Positions 1 through 10,328 of a stretch of DNA of 37,520 bases are shown in pieces. A model generated the notes under the pieces. The model had not been told where the DNA came from, did not search any database, and worked only from the letters and a program-made list of their open reading frames with translations. Source of the stretch: an uncultured virus (IMG/VR IMGVR_UViG_3300033463_000052) (lineage: Duplodnaviria; Heunggongvirae; Uroviricota; Caudoviricetes); the IMG/VR virus record IMGVR_UViG_3300033463_000052; one strand, given 5' to 3'. A program made the position numbers and the translations under genes. Position 1 is the stretch's first letter, and each line of letters starts with the position of its first letter.

Positions 1-2
1 AT

Positions 3-854
3 CCTGTTGTTCGTTGGGCTTATTTCGCCATTATAAATGCGGCTGTTAATGTGGTTCTTCCTGCTTATGTGTCTGCCACATTTGCCCCATTTGTGGATTT
101 TCGCACTATCGGTTATGCTGATGTTGTGAATCTTAAAATCCCTCCCAAAACCCTGTATACTGTTTCTCGTGGTGCTCGTGGTGAGCGTACTTCTTTCCGT
201 CAGAAGAAATATGCTGGTAACATTCAAGTTGCTCCTATTGAGCATATTGTGACCACTTATGTGGACATGGCTCGTGTTTTAGCTGGTAAAGACGATTTAG
301 CCGAAGCTGTTCGTGCTATTGTTATTTCCATTGAATTAGATATGAACGCTGAAATCATCGGCGCTCTTACTGCTGGTTTAGGTTCATTATCTTATCCTTC
401 ACAGTTTGTTGAAAGTGGTGCTTTTGATGCTAAGAAATTAGTGCAACTTGCCCAGCGTGTGCAAGCCTATAATGGCATGGCGAAACCTATTATTATGGGT
501 ACTGCTTCTGCCCTTATGAATGTTCTTCCAGATTCTACACAGGGTTATCGTATGGTGGTTGATGGCAAAGAGGGAACTGTTTCTTACATTAAGAACTTCT
601 ATGGCTTTGACCTCTTTGAACTTCCACAAGCCCCTACTGGCGTGAATTATGGCATGGCTTTAAGCGACAATATTCTTTATGTTATTAGTCCTGCTGTTGC
701 CAAGGCTATTGTTGGTGTTATGTCTACTACATTAACTAATAGCAATGAATTTTATGATAATGCTGACATTTCCCAGAACTTTACTATGCGTAAAGGCTAC
801 AACTTCCAGTTTGTTGGAGCGGCTTGGGCTGGTCAGTATACTGTTTCTGAATAA
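3..854 (+). CDS. Major capsid protein, C-terminal part (starts before the window)
   Basis: Frame open from position 3 (PVVRWAYFAIIN...). Codon style of a highly expressed gene. Followed by a terminator and neck/tail genes. Call is largely positional. Confidence 0.7.
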   Translation, partial: PVVRWAYFAIINAAVNVVLPAYVSATFAPFVDFRTIGYADVVNLKIPPKTLYTVSRGARGERTSFRQKKYAGNIQVAPIEHIVTTYVDMARVLAGKDDLAEAVRAIVISIELDMNAEIIGALTAGLGSLSYPSQFVESGAFDAKKLVQLAQRVQAYNGMAKPIIMGTASALMNVLPDSTQGYRMVVDGKEGTVSYIKNFYGFDLFELPQAPTGVNYGMALSDNILYVISPAVAKAIVGVMSTTLTNSNEFYDNADISQNFTMRKGYNFQFVGAAWAGQYTVSE

Positions 855-868
855 TTTATAATTATTAG

Positions 869-896
869 GGGGGCTATTTATTTAGCCCCCAATTTT
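869..896 (+). terminator. Intrinsic terminator after capsid gene
   Basis: GGGGGCTA (869-876) pairs with TAGCCCCC (883-890), then AATTTT. Confidence 0.75.
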
Positions 897-927
897 AAAA
901 ATAGAAAATAAGGAGAAAAAGGATAAA

Positions 928-1584
928 ATGGGTATTGAAAAAAATAAAGAAGTAGAAACAACTGAAAAACAAGTTAAATCTAAAACACCAAAAGTCGATA
1001 AAGAAAAAGAAGAATTAAAAAATATAATTGAGAAACAAGAACAAAGAATTAAAGAGCAAGATAATCAGTTGTTAGAAATTAAACAACAATTAGATTTACT
1101 TTTAAAAGGTTCTTTAATAAATTCATATAAAGAAGATAAGAAAACAAAAAGAACCATTAAATTTGTTAATATGACTTCTGGTGGGTTTACTATTCGTGGA
1201 AATCGTCTTTATCATTTAGATAAGCAATTTGATTCAATTTCTTTTTCTGAAAGTGAAGCTAAGACGATTATTGCTAATATGCCACAGTCGATTGCGAATG
1301 GATTTTTATATATAGCAGATAAAGATTTTGTGGAAGAATGTGAACTTGATGGGGTATATGAAACCCTTATTGATGAAAAGACATTAAGGAATTTATTAAA
1401 TAACGATTCTTCAGAAGTTTGTAATATATATAAAAATGCTTCAGATGAACAAAAGAAAATCATTGTTGATATGATAATTAATAAAAAGATAAATAAAGAA
1501 CCAGTTGATGCCAATATTTTAGTTGAACTCGGTAATTTATGTGGACAAAAACTTATAGATATTGAACCTCTTGATGAGGAGTGA
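928..1584 (+). CDS. Hypothetical virion-module protein with N-terminal coiled coil
   Basis: 218-aa ORF with AAGGA SD; K/E/Q-rich N-terminus; directly after capsid gene. Confidence 0.6.
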   Translation: MGIEKNKEVETTEKQVKSKTPKVDKEKEELKNIIEKQEQRIKEQDNQLLEIKQQLDLLLKGSLINSYKEDKKTKRTIKFVNMTSGGFTIRGNRLYHLDKQFDSISFSESEAKTIIANMPQSIANGFLYIADKDFVEECELDGVYETLIDEKTLRNLLNNDSSEVCNIYKNASDEQKKIIVDMIINKKINKEPVDANILVELGNLCGQKLIDIEPLDEE

Positions 1585-1588
1585 TAGA

Positions 1589-2023
1589 ATGACTTCATTC
1601 GATGATATTATTGATTTAGCTTTAATAACTGTCAATGATTATCGTTTAACGAAATTATTTAATAAAGATGAAAATTCTTTTAGAACATATTGTGATGGGT
1701 TTTTAATTTCTGCTATACCAGATTTCCCAGAGTGTAGGCAATCTTTAGATTATAATTTAGAACAAAGGAAATTTAGTTCTGATTTAACTTCAATAGAAAA
1801 ATCTATTCTTGCAAATTTGTGGATAATTAAATGGTATTTAAGAGATAATCAAACATATGCTTTGTATAGGCAACATTTACAAGCCGCAAGTTCTTTTAAG
1901 AATCATAGTGAATCACAAAATCTTAAAGAAAATTCAGCTTATTTAGATAAGCTTAGAGAAGAATTAGATAGGCAAAAAGTTTCGTATCAATTAAGTGCTT
2001 TTTTTTCTGATAATGTTTTATAA
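1589..2023 (+). CDS. Putative head-tail adaptor
   Basis: ATG at 1589 behind GAGGAG, a better start than 1562 (MTSFDDIIDL...). Helical ~144-aa protein in the neck position. Confidence 0.5.
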   Translation: MTSFDDIIDLALITVNDYRLTKLFNKDENSFRTYCDGFLISAIPDFPECRQSLDYNLEQRKFSSDLTSIEKSILANLWIIKWYLRDNQTYALYRQHLQAASSFKNHSESQNLKENSAYLDKLREELDRQKVSYQLSAFFSDNVL

Positions 2024-2038
2024 ATAGGGGGTATTAAA

Positions 2039-2287
2039 ATGAAAGAAAAAGAAATATCTTCTATTTATAAAATTTTAGTTCTCTATGAAAAAATTAACGA
2101 TTCTGAAGAAAATGCTAACAGTTATTTAAATTATATAGATAGATTATATGTTTATTGGGTTGGTGCTGATGAAAAAGAAATATATGAAATATTAAAGGGC
2201 TTATGGAAACTCGGAAAAGAAGCTGGACATAAAAGGGTTAAAGCTATGGTATTTCATATGATTGATATTATTAAAAAAAGAGGATAA
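2039..2287 (+). CDS. Hypothetical protein
   Basis: 82-aa ORF with GGGGG SD, inside the operon. Confidence 0.6.
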   Translation: MKEKEISSIYKILVLYEKINDSEENANSYLNYIDRLYVYWVGADEKEIYEILKGLWKLGKEAGHKRVKAMVFHMIDIIKKRG

Positions 2288-2293
2288 ATAAAA

Positions 2294-3565
2294 ATGTTAA
2301 GATTTTTTAATAATATAATAAATAATGAAATAGACACTAATCCAGATGGGATGTATAGGGATTTACAACAAGAATTTATAAATATGCAATGGGATAATAC
2401 TACTGCACTTTATACTGTTCAAGAACAAGAAGATATAGGAACTAATAAATATAATGATTTAGATGTATGGTTAGTACCAACTGTTGCTGATACATCAACT
2501 GGTATGAAAGATGTTAGAGACTTTAATAAACTTATATTCAAAGACATTAATCATAAAGTAAAAAGAGGATTAATGTATAAATTTGACAATTGTTACTGGA
2601 TTGTTCATAGTTATAGTGAATATGATGGTGTTGTTCAAGATTGTGGTATAAGAAGGTGCAATAATACACTTAAAATTGTTGACCCTTTAAATGGTTCAAT
2701 ATTTTCTATCCCTTGTGTAGTCGATTATGACATGGCGGCATCAACTGTAAAAGTAACAAAGTATATTTTAACACCAAATAACCATGCGGTCATAATGGTT
2801 CAAGGAAATGAAGATACATTAAGACTTTTTAAAACAAATTCAAGATTTATTCTTTCTGGTAGACCATTTAAATTATATGGTTATCAAAATGCAGTAGAGT
2901 TTGATTTAGATGCACCATCTACTTTATTATATTTAGATTTATATTTAGATGAAATAATGGATGGTGATAATTTAGAAATTGGTTTAGCAGACAATGGGGT
3001 TTATGATTATTCTATTTCTATAAATTCACAAGATTTAACTTTATTGAATAATGCAATAGGAACTTTATCTGCTAATGTTTTATTAAATGGTATAGAAGTT
3101 AATAGAGATATTATCTGGTCTTCAAATAATAAAGATATTGTTGAAATAGATGAAAGTGGGAATTATACAGTTCATGGTGAAATTGGTGATTCTACTACAA
3201 TTAAAGCTACACTTAATGGAAATTTGAATGTTTTTAGTTTAATAAATATTTCAATAGGCGATACTTTACAAGCTATAGATATTATATTAGAACCAGAATT
3301 TAATATTATTCGTCAATATGAATCTATTAAATTTAAAGTTAATGTTTATTATAATGGTGAATTATTAGAAGATGATTTAATACATACATCAGTTACACAT
3401 GATGGTATTTTAAACATAACATCTTTAACAGATAATTATTATATAGTAACTTCTACAGGAATTTCTAATGAAGAACAGATATTGTTGATTAACGCATCAA
3501 GTCAAGATTTATATTTTGATAAAAGTGTGGCTATAAATGTTAATGCAGTAAGTATGTTAGGATAA
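2294..3565 (+). CDS. Putative head-closure/neck protein with C-terminal Ig-like domains
   Basis: Ig-like (Big_2-type) segment 'IIWSSNNKDIVEIDESG..TV..G.STTIKAT'; neck position. Confidence 0.5.
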   Translation: MLRFFNNIINNEIDTNPDGMYRDLQQEFINMQWDNTTALYTVQEQEDIGTNKYNDLDVWLVPTVADTSTGMKDVRDFNKLIFKDINHKVKRGLMYKFDNCYWIVHSYSEYDGVVQDCGIRRCNNTLKIVDPLNGSIFSIPCVVDYDMAASTVKVTKYILTPNNHAVIMVQGNEDTLRLFKTNSRFILSGRPFKLYGYQNAVEFDLDAPSTLLYLDLYLDEIMDGDNLEIGLADNGVYDYSISINSQDLTLLNNAIGTLSANVLLNGIEVNRDIIWSSNNKDIVEIDESGNYTVHGEIGDSTTIKATLNGNLNVFSLINISIGDTLQAIDIILEPEFNIIRQYESIKFKVNVYYNGELLEDDLIHTSVTHDGILNITSLTDNYYIVTSTGISNEEQILLINASSQDLYFDKSVAINVNAVSMLG

Positions 3566-3577
3566 AAGGTGTAAAAT

Positions 3578-4144
3578 ATGTTTAATTCATTATCTCGTTT
3601 GCCAACAGCCCCTTATAAAATACTTGAATTTTTAGCATTAAAAAATGAAAATATATGGAAGATGATTAAATATAATAGTTATGATGCTCTTTCACATGAA
3701 AATCTTACTATGTCGGAAAAATTATCATATATTTGGAAGACAGGAAAACAAGAAGATTATAGTGTCTTTTTAACAAATATAATTGGGGATGCAATTTGTG
3801 AAGAAAAATGCGTGTTAAAATGCTATGACTATTATATAAATGCTGATAATTTATATATTGCCACTCCTGTATTTGCGTTTGACTTTTTATATGGCGTAAC
3901 AATGGCATTAGTTGAAAAAGATGGTGTGCCTGTCAATCGTGGGGATTTATTTATACATGAAATATTATCAACACTTAATGGCGTTGAAATAGATGGTATT
4001 GGAAAATTAATGTTTAACAAAAATCAAACACGATATGATTTTGCCAGAAGTGTTATTGCAGACAGCAAAAAATTTACAGGAGTACAAATATATATGAGTA
4101 CAAATATGGGGGATTCTGGGAGTGGCATAAGTTGTGTCGATTGA
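3578..4144 (+). CDS. Putative tail terminator/completion protein
   Basis: 188-aa ORF two genes before the tail tube gene; positional inference only. Confidence 0.4.
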   Translation: MFNSLSRLPTAPYKILEFLALKNENIWKMIKYNSYDALSHENLTMSEKLSYIWKTGKQEDYSVFLTNIIGDAICEEKCVLKCYDYYINADNLYIATPVFAFDFLYGVTMALVEKDGVPVNRGDLFIHEILSTLNGVEIDGIGKLMFNKNQTRYDFARSVIADSKKFTGVQIYMSTNMGDSGSGISCVD

Positions 4145-4964
4145 TATTGATTTTTATAAAAATACTTATTTTACTTTTGATGAATGTGTGCCATATAATT
4201 TAAAATGTGGCGAAACAATTTATTTATCGCCTGTATTTTTAAAAGATTATATGCTTTTTATTACAAGTTATGGTATATTAGATATTGATAAAAATTCTGT
4301 GAATGATGCTGAAATCATATCAATGCCATACTTAAAATTTTTAGTAAAAAAAGTTTTTCCATATTCAAAAGAATCAATACAACAATTTGTAAATATTTGT
4401 ATTTTATGTATGGGACTTGTTAAGCCACAAATAAAAATGAATGATTTAAATAAATTTATTCTTTATGATGCTGAAGATGGTAAAAATATAAGTATTACAC
4501 AAAAAGAATTTGAAGAAATAAAAAAAATAATTTTATATCAAAATCTTTTGAATTATGATGATGATTATATTAACCCAGAACTTAAAGAAAGTATGGAAGA
4601 ACTTGATAGATTAAGAAACAAGAATTTAGAACCACCATCATTAGAAAGAAGAATGGCGATAATAACTTCTCATTGTGGACTAAATAAAAAAGAACAATTA
4701 AAAATGACAATTAGAAGTCATTCTTTATTATTCCAAGAAGTAAGCAAGGAAGTTGAATATATGTGTTCCAAACCTATTGCTATTTATGGTGGTAAATCTG
4801 AAGTTATTAATTGGATATTTGATAAGAAAAAAGGAAAATTTGATGATTATATTACTTCTAAAGAATCATACAATATAAGTATGGGTGGGGATGGTAATGT
4901 AATTAAGACAAATAATATAAATAAAGATTTAATTTCTCAATATGAAAAATTTCAAGGAGGATAA
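4134..4964 (+). CDS. Hypothetical tail-module protein (possibly an assembly chaperone)
   Basis: 276-aa ORF with GTG start overlapping the previous gene. Confidence 0.45.
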   Translation: MSIDIDFYKNTYFTFDECVPYNLKCGETIYLSPVFLKDYMLFITSYGILDIDKNSVNDAEIISMPYLKFLVKKVFPYSKESIQQFVNICILCMGLVKPQIKMNDLNKFILYDAEDGKNISITQKEFEEIKKIILYQNLLNYDDDYINPELKESMEELDRLRNKNLEPPSLERRMAIITSHCGLNKKEQLKMTIRSHSLLFQEVSKEVEYMCSKPIAIYGGKSEVINWIFDKKKGKFDDYITSKESYNISMGGDGNVIKTNNINKDLISQYEKFQGG

Positions 4965-4970
4965 GAAATT

Positions 4971-6050
4971 ATGGCTCAAAATCAATTTTTAGCTGGCGTT
5001 GGTCGTGCTTTATTATTTGATGGGGATAATTTAATTGGTGTTGCTAAGACCTTAACAGAATCAACTTTTAACTTTAGTATTTCAAGCGAAGAAATTCGTG
5101 GTGGTCAAGGTAATGCTTTATTTGGTAAGTATTTCCATGATAGTAATTTAGCTATTACTTTAACCGATGCTATGTTTAAACTTGAATATCTTGCCGCTAA
5201 TCTTGGTGTAGATATTTCTATGGGTGGTCTTGCTGTTTATGAATCTCCTGCGGCTGGTGAAGTTGCTGGTGCTGGCGGTGCTATTACTTTAACTACTGTT
5301 CCTGTGGCTGTTAATGGTTCGCTTTTAGCTTGGTATAAGAAACCATCCGAAACTTATTGGAATGTTGGCACAATCAATAAATCTGGGGAGACTTATACGA
5401 TTGTACCAGATGGTGGTTCACAAAATGATGTTTATTGTGTGAAATATTTCTATCAGAATGAAAATGCTCGTAGTATTCTTATTAATACACAATATGTTCC
5501 TAAGACTTTACATTTAGTCATTATGAACGATTTATTTTCTGGTGATACTGCCGATATTGGTTCTGCTACTCGTTATGGTCGTATTATTACCGATATTCCA
5601 AGTTTCCAGCTTGAGGGTAATCAAGACCTTAACTTAACTGCTACTTCTGCCGCTACTATTTCACTTACTGGTAATGCCCTTGGTGTTGAATCTGGTATTT
5701 CTTGTGAAGAATCACCATATTATGGCACAATGACAGAAGAAATTTTTGGTACTTCATGGAAAGATGATGTTATTGCTCTTGCTATTGAAAATAGTGATTT
5801 AGAATTAGAAGCCGCTGAAACTGAAAAGCTTATTGTTCGTGTTGTGTATGGTGGCTCTGTTGCTTCACAACGTAAAGATAATAGCAACTTTACTTTTGCT
5901 GTTGAAAGTGGTGCTTCTGCTACAGTTAGTAATGCTTCTGGTTCTGAGGGCATTGTTACTGCTTCTTCTAATGGCACTACAATTATTTCCGCTACCCTTA
6001 AAAATAGAACAGATATTGTTGCTTATGCAACAGTTGTCGTTGGTTCTTAA
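4971..6050 (+). CDS. Major tail tube protein with C-terminal Ig-like domain
   Basis: Strong GGAGG SD; high-expression codon style; 'EEIRGGQGN' tube-like N-terminus; beta-rich C-terminus; terminator follows. Confidence 0.7.
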   Translation: MAQNQFLAGVGRALLFDGDNLIGVAKTLTESTFNFSISSEEIRGGQGNALFGKYFHDSNLAITLTDAMFKLEYLAANLGVDISMGGLAVYESPAAGEVAGAGGAITLTTVPVAVNGSLLAWYKKPSETYWNVGTINKSGETYTIVPDGGSQNDVYCVKYFYQNENARSILINTQYVPKTLHLVIMNDLFSGDTADIGSATRYGRIITDIPSFQLEGNQDLNLTATSAATISLTGNALGVESGISCEESPYYGTMTEEIFGTSWKDDVIALAIENSDLELEAAETEKLIVRVVYGGSVASQRKDNSNFTFAVESGASATVSNASGSEGIVTASSNGTTIISATLKNRTDIVAYATVVVGS

Positions 6051-6062
6051 TTAGTTAGGATA

Positions 6063-6109
6063 AAGGGAAGGTAAGGCATATTTTTATACCTTCCTTCCCT
6101 TATTTTTTA
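6063..6109 (+). terminator. Intrinsic terminator after tail tube gene
   Basis: AAGGGAAGG...CCTTCCCTT stem followed by ATTTTTT. Confidence 0.75.
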
Positions 6110-6114
6110 TTGAA

Positions 6115-6414
6115 ATGTGTAAATATAGACAAGAAAATCATTGTAAAAAAACAGGGGATATATGCCCTTGGGTACAATGGTGTGGTAAAATAAATGCCTA
6201 TAAAGAAAGACCGGGTATGATAGAATATTGCAAATTTTTAAAAGAAGATTTAGAACCAGTCCCAGATGGATATTATAAAGTCGAATTTGAAAGACATGGG
6301 TATTTATATATCATTTTTAAAAATGATGTTATTAAAGTAAAAAATCCATTTGATGATATTCCAAAATTTGTAAAAGTTAAATGTAATAAATCGGTCTATA
6401 AATTAAGTAAGTAG
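6115..6414 (+). CDS. Hypothetical Cys-rich protein
   Basis: 99 aa with several Cys in the N-terminal half. Confidence 0.55.
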   Translation: MCKYRQENHCKKTGDICPWVQWCGKINAYKERPGMIEYCKFLKEDLEPVPDGYYKVEFERHGYLYIIFKNDVIKVKNPFDDIPKFVKVKCNKSVYKLSK

Positions 6415-6428
6415 AGGAAGTGTGAATA

Positions 6429-6782
6429 ATGCCAGATTTAGAGGAAAGGGTAAGTGGTATGGAAACAAGACTTACACGAATCGAAACAGAGATTCCTCAC
6501 CTTAAAGAAAGTTTAGATAGGAATACACGCAGTAATGAAAAAATGACAGAAGTTTTAAATAGTTTAGAAAAAACTATGGAGAACATTAATTTTACTACAA
6601 AAACACAAGAAAAAGAAATAAAAGAAAATAAAGAAGAAATTGAAACTGTTAAATCTAAGGTTGAGGTATTGGAAGAAAAGACCAAGTTTGATATTTCTGA
6701 ATGGATAAAGAAAAATTGGCCTTGGATTTTAATAACTGCTACTTTAGGTATAGGATGGGCAACTAATTATTTAAAGGTTTAA
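6429..6782 (+). CDS. Coiled-coil protein with C-terminal TM helix (XhlA/holin-like)
   Basis: 'LEERVSGMETRL' heptads and hydrophobic 'WPWILITATLGIGWA'. Confidence 0.5.
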   Translation: MPDLEERVSGMETRLTRIETEIPHLKESLDRNTRSNEKMTEVLNSLEKTMENINFTTKTQEKEIKENKEEIETVKSKVEVLEEKTKFDISEWIKKNWPWILITATLGIGWATNYLKV

Positions 6783-6801
6783 TTTATGAGGGGGAAAAAT
6801 A

Positions 6802-7056
6802 ATGTCTAATAAAATGTCTTGTGGTGGTTTCCAAATAGATGGGACTACTTTGGTTGAACAAAATGGTATTCTTAAAGCTACTGCAACTGGATTGCCAGAT
6901 GCTTCAAAAGCTAATAATGGACAAGGTTTAATTGTTGATGATGGTGAATTTGTGATTGGTAATTTACCACAAGGTTTGCCGACAGTTACAATTGATGATG
7001 CTGGAAGCACCCTTTATGTTGATGCTGAAGGTAAATGGGCAGTTAAAGCCCCATAA
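6802..7056 (+). CDS. Small hypothetical protein, possibly virion-associated
   Basis: 84 aa; GAGGGGG SD; Gly-rich beta-type sequence. Confidence 0.55.
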   Translation: MSNKMSCGGFQIDGTTLVEQNGILKATATGLPDASKANNGQGLIVDDGEFVIGNLPQGLPTVTIDDAGSTLYVDAEGKWAVKAP

Positions 7057-7094
7057 AATAAAGTTAGTTAAATTAAATAAAAGAGGATAAATAA

Positions 7095-7475
7095 ATGAAG
7101 GAATTAAAAGGATTAAAAGATAAATATTCTGAAAATTTTGATATAGAAATTAAACAATATTTAACATTATCGCAAATTCAAGAAATAATAAATGCAGTTT
7201 TACAAGTAGAAACTTTTGAAGAAAGAGAAAATATTATTGATTATTTCTTATTAGTTTTTATGACTAATATAGAAAAAGAAGAAATTGATGAATTAGGCCC
7301 AGATATTTTTATTGAAAGTGGATTAATAGATGAAGTGAAAAATTCTATTAAAAATATAGATAAATTATTTGAGGGAATCGTTTATCACGAATCTACAGGA
7401 AAAGCGTTAAGGGCTATTTCAAAAGCTTTGCCTACTTATTTTGAAGAGATGAAGAAGAATGGCGTTTTTAACTGA
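7095..7475 (+). CDS. Hypothetical acidic protein (possible tail chaperone)
   Basis: 126 aa; GAGGA SD; upstream of TMP. Confidence 0.5.
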   Translation: MKELKGLKDKYSENFDIEIKQYLTLSQIQEIINAVLQVETFEERENIIDYFLLVFMTNIEKEEIDELGPDIFIESGLIDEVKNSIKNIDKLFEGIVYHESTGKALRAISKALPTYFEEMKKNGVFN

Positions 7476-7941
7476 TGCTGAATTAAGAAATGCAATAGAG
7501 GGTGGATTGACTGTAGCTATTAAAAGTACAGTTGATGCTATTCATAGTAAAAATGAAGAAGAAATTGAACAAATAGTATATAACTATCCCCCAACTTGGT
7601 ATGGAAGAACAGGAAATTTTAAAGATGCTTGGGAAACACAAGTTGGTGGATTAGAGGGCGAAATGTACTTTGATGAAGGAGAAATTTCTACTGGAAGTAA
7701 GGACGATGGTGTTCACGTTTCTGTTATTACTGGCGCTTCTATGGCGGCTGTTATGCCAGAAGTTATTTATCAATGGGGGCAAGGATGTATACTAAGACCA
7801 ACAGGAAGAGATGCTTGGTCTGCATTAGATAGTTATTTAACCAATACACAAATGCGTTCTTTATTTGAAGCTGGTCTTAACGCATCTGGTCTTCCTTGGA
7901 AAAGAAGTACAGGGGCAATTACTGTTACTAAAACGAAATAA
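7459..7941 (+). CDS. Putative tail-completion (HK97 gp10-like) protein
   Basis: 'P.WYGRTGNFKDAW' resembles the RTG motif of this family. Confidence 0.4.
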   Translation: MAFLTDAELRNAIEGGLTVAIKSTVDAIHSKNEEEIEQIVYNYPPTWYGRTGNFKDAWETQVGGLEGEMYFDEGEISTGSKDDGVHVSVITGASMAAVMPEVIYQWGQGCILRPTGRDAWSALDSYLTNTQMRSLFEAGLNASGLPWKRSTGAITVTKTK

Positions 7942-7972
7942 AATAATTTAAATGGATTGAAAGCGAAATAAA

Positions 7973-8488
7973 ATGAAAAAAAATGATGTTATATTAGGAT
8001 TAGATGCTTCTTCGGCATCTACTGGATTTAGCATTTTTGATAATAAGGGGCTTGCGGCATATGGTCTTATTAAACCAGATGGAATAGATTGGAGAGAAAG
8101 ATTAGTGCATCAAGCCCCAAAATTAAAAGAAATAATAGAAAAATATCATCCAACAAAAATTGTGATGGAAGATGTTCCTTTAAATGGAAAAGGTGGCTTA
8201 AAAATTTTAGTTGTTCTTGGGGCGGTGCAAGGAATGATTTTGGGGCTTGCTTCATCTTATGGTATACCCATACAATTTGTTACTCCTAATGAATGGAGAA
8301 GTAAAGTTGGTCTTTTTACTGGGAAAAGGGATGAAACAAAAAGGGACGAAATGAAAAAGAAATCTGTTGAATTTGTTAATCAAGAATTTGGGTTAAATTT
8401 AAAATGGATTTCTAAATCAAGTAAATTTAATGAGGATGATATTTCTGATTCTATTTTAATAGCGTATAGCCAAATTTTAAACACATAG
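7973..8488 (+). CDS. ruvC: RuvC-like Holliday junction resolvase
   Basis: ILGLD-A-SS-ASTGFSI, VMED, P.EWR and DDISDS catalytic motifs. Confidence 0.85.
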   Translation: MKKNDVILGLDASSASTGFSIFDNKGLAAYGLIKPDGIDWRERLVHQAPKLKEIIEKYHPTKIVMEDVPLNGKGGLKILVVLGAVQGMILGLASSYGIPIQFVTPNEWRSKVGLFTGKRDETKRDEMKKKSVEFVNQEFGLNLKWISKSSKFNEDDISDSILIAYSQILNT

Positions 8489-8530
8489 AGGGTGTTTAAG
8501 CCATAATCTCAAAATAAAGGAGTGTGAGAA

Positions 8531-8953
8531 ATGGCAAGTAGCGCATGGAAAATTAAAGTTGGTGTAGAACTTGATACAAGTGATATACAAAGTCAATTAA
8601 ATAGTTTTAATGGGAAAATAGATTTAAGTGATTCAACAAGAGGCGTACAGGGATTAACTTTTGCTGGACAACAAATGATGTTAACATATCAAGCCGCCCA
8701 TGCTATATTTTCTAAATCAATTGGTGCAATTTCAAGTATGGCAAATCAAGTTAAGGAATTAGATAGTGCAGTAACAGAATTTAAAAAGGTGTCTGATTTA
8801 TCTGGTTCTTCACTTGATAATTATGTTAATAGTCTTGCAAATGCTGGGTCGATTGTTGCAAGAACTGGTTCTGAAATGGTAGAAGCCGCAACGCAATTTA
8901 GAAAATCTGGGTTTACAGATTCAGAATCAGCACAATTAGCTACTATAGCGGCT
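8531..8953 (+). CDS. Tape measure protein, exon 1
   Basis: 'ELDSAVTEFKKVSDL..ARTGSEMVEAATQF' TMP motif; 141 full codons ending at a U that forms the P1 U-G pair. Confidence 0.9.
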
Positions 8954-9101
8954 TGAGATACAGGCCGAATATATAGTAATATATATAAAGAATAGGGTGA
9001 ACTGCTGGAAACCTAAGTCGAAAGATATGGCAATCAGCAACCAAGATTATGTTGAAATACATAATAAGGCTCAACGACTATCGAAAGCAATCAAGTTTTA
9101 C

Positions 9102-9130
9102 TTGATAAATGTAACTAATTATATTATAAT
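9102..9130 (+). promoter_or_regulatory. Intron-internal sigmaA-type promoter for endonuclease 1
   Basis: TTGATA(9102-07), 17 nt, TATAAT(9125-30). Confidence 0.7.
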
Positions 9131-9264
9131 TAGAATAAGGCGTTTTAACGGATGAAGCAAGTAGAGTAGGAGGAAGTGTCTGCCTCCGAAGCGCCCTACA
9201 TCTTTTTATTTAAGAAGATGATGATATAGTCTTAACTTATAAGAAATTTATAAGGATATTTAAT

Positions 9265-10014
9265 TTGTATAAATTTATGTGGAAAACTAAAAATAATATT
9301 CCTATGAAAGAGGAAATAGCATTTTTAAAATTTGAAGAATATGGCTATACACCTTTAGAACATTATAAAAATAATATGACAAAAATATGTTGTCTTGATA
9401 AAGATGGATATAAAGTAATGATTGCCAGAACATCATTGGGAAAAGTAAAAGAATATCAAAGATTTTCTGTTACTTCAAATCCAGAGAATTATATAAACAA
9501 TATGAATATATTTGGTGAAAGAAATAAATATCCATCTATAGTTTTAGATTATTTACCTTCTACAATAAAGAATCATGTAAATTTAAAATGTAAATGCGAA
9601 TGTGGTAATATTTTTATATGTGATGCAAATTCTTGGAAAAGGAATGAAAAAACAAGATGTAATTATTGCAGTTCAAAGATTTCTAATATAGAAAGAGAAG
9701 TAATGTTATTTTTAAAAGAAAATAATATTACTTATATTCATCAAAAGAAATTTAAAGAATGTAAAAATAAAAGAGAATTACCATTTGATTTTTATTTACC
9801 TTATTATAATATATGTATTGAGGTAGATGGAGAACAGCATTTTTATAATACTCTTTATAGAAACGAAAAAGCTTTTGAACAAAGAAAAATAAATGATAAC
9901 ATAAAAGATAATTATTGTTTATCTAATAATATACAATTAATAAGACTAAGATACAATATTATAAGAAATAATAAATATAAGGAGATATTAAAAGACAAAT
10001 TAAATATCCGTTAA
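9265..10014 (+). CDS. Intron-encoded homing endonuclease (Cys/Zn domains + Vsr/DUF559-like nuclease)
   Basis: CxCxC and CxxC motifs; 'S.IE..V...L...LPFDFYLP.YN.CIEVDGEQH'. TTG start behind AAGGA; ATG at 9277 is an alternative. Confidence 0.85.
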   Translation: MYKFMWKTKNNIPMKEEIAFLKFEEYGYTPLEHYKNNMTKICCLDKDGYKVMIARTSLGKVKEYQRFSVTSNPENYINNMNIFGERNKYPSIVLDYLPSTIKNHVNLKCKCECGNIFICDANSWKRNEKTRCNYCSSKISNIEREVMLFLKENNITYIHQKKFKECKNKRELPFDFYLPYYNICIEVDGEQHFYNTLYRNEKAFEQRKINDNIKDNYCLSNNIQLIRLRYNIIRNNKYKEILKDKLNIR

Positions 10015-10040
10015 ATTGACACTTTAACGTAAAATTTTTG

Positions 10041-10328
10041 ATGTATCAAAATGTAGCTGATACAGCAGTTTCATCACAAGAAGCTGCATCTTCTATTGTT
10101 TCACAAATTCGTGCTTATGGTGAAAGTGCTGAGTTTGCAACACATATTATAGATTCCTATAACGCAGTTGCTAATAACTTTTCTATTGGTACTAATGATA
10201 TATCGAAAGCTATGGAAGTTGCTTCTGCTGGCATGGCAACTTATGGAAATAGCTTTGAACAAACTATTGGTCTTGTAACTGCTGGTACAGAAATTATGGT
10301 TGGACGTAGTTCGCAGGTAGCGAGAGGG
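10041..10328 (+). CDS. Tape measure protein, exon 2
   Basis: MYQNVAD...HIIDSYNAVANNFSIGT.DI..A...GNSFEQTIGL.TAG.EI...SQVARG, a typical TMP core. Confidence 0.88.

Larger units (their letters stand above)
8954..10040 (+). mobile_element. Group I intron 1 (IA-like) in TMP gene
   Basis: P1 CGGCU(8949-53)/GGCCG(8963-67); P10 GAUACA(8957-62)/UGUAUC(10042-47); P3 UAGGGUG/CGCCCUA; P4 UGCUG/CAGCA; P7 GACUAU/AUAGUC; terminal G at 10040. Removal restores the frame. Confidence 0.93.

Noticed and set aside
7440..7475. Tail-chaperone-type -1 frameshift between the 7095 and 7459 ORFs
   Set aside because: The second ORF is in the +1 frame, has its own ATG, and no clean XXXYYYZ heptamer was seen.
8954..8956. 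TGA readthrough or alternative genetic code to explain the short TMP N-terminal ORF
   Set aside because: The TGA is the start of a well-formed intron, and other genes are intact in the standard code.
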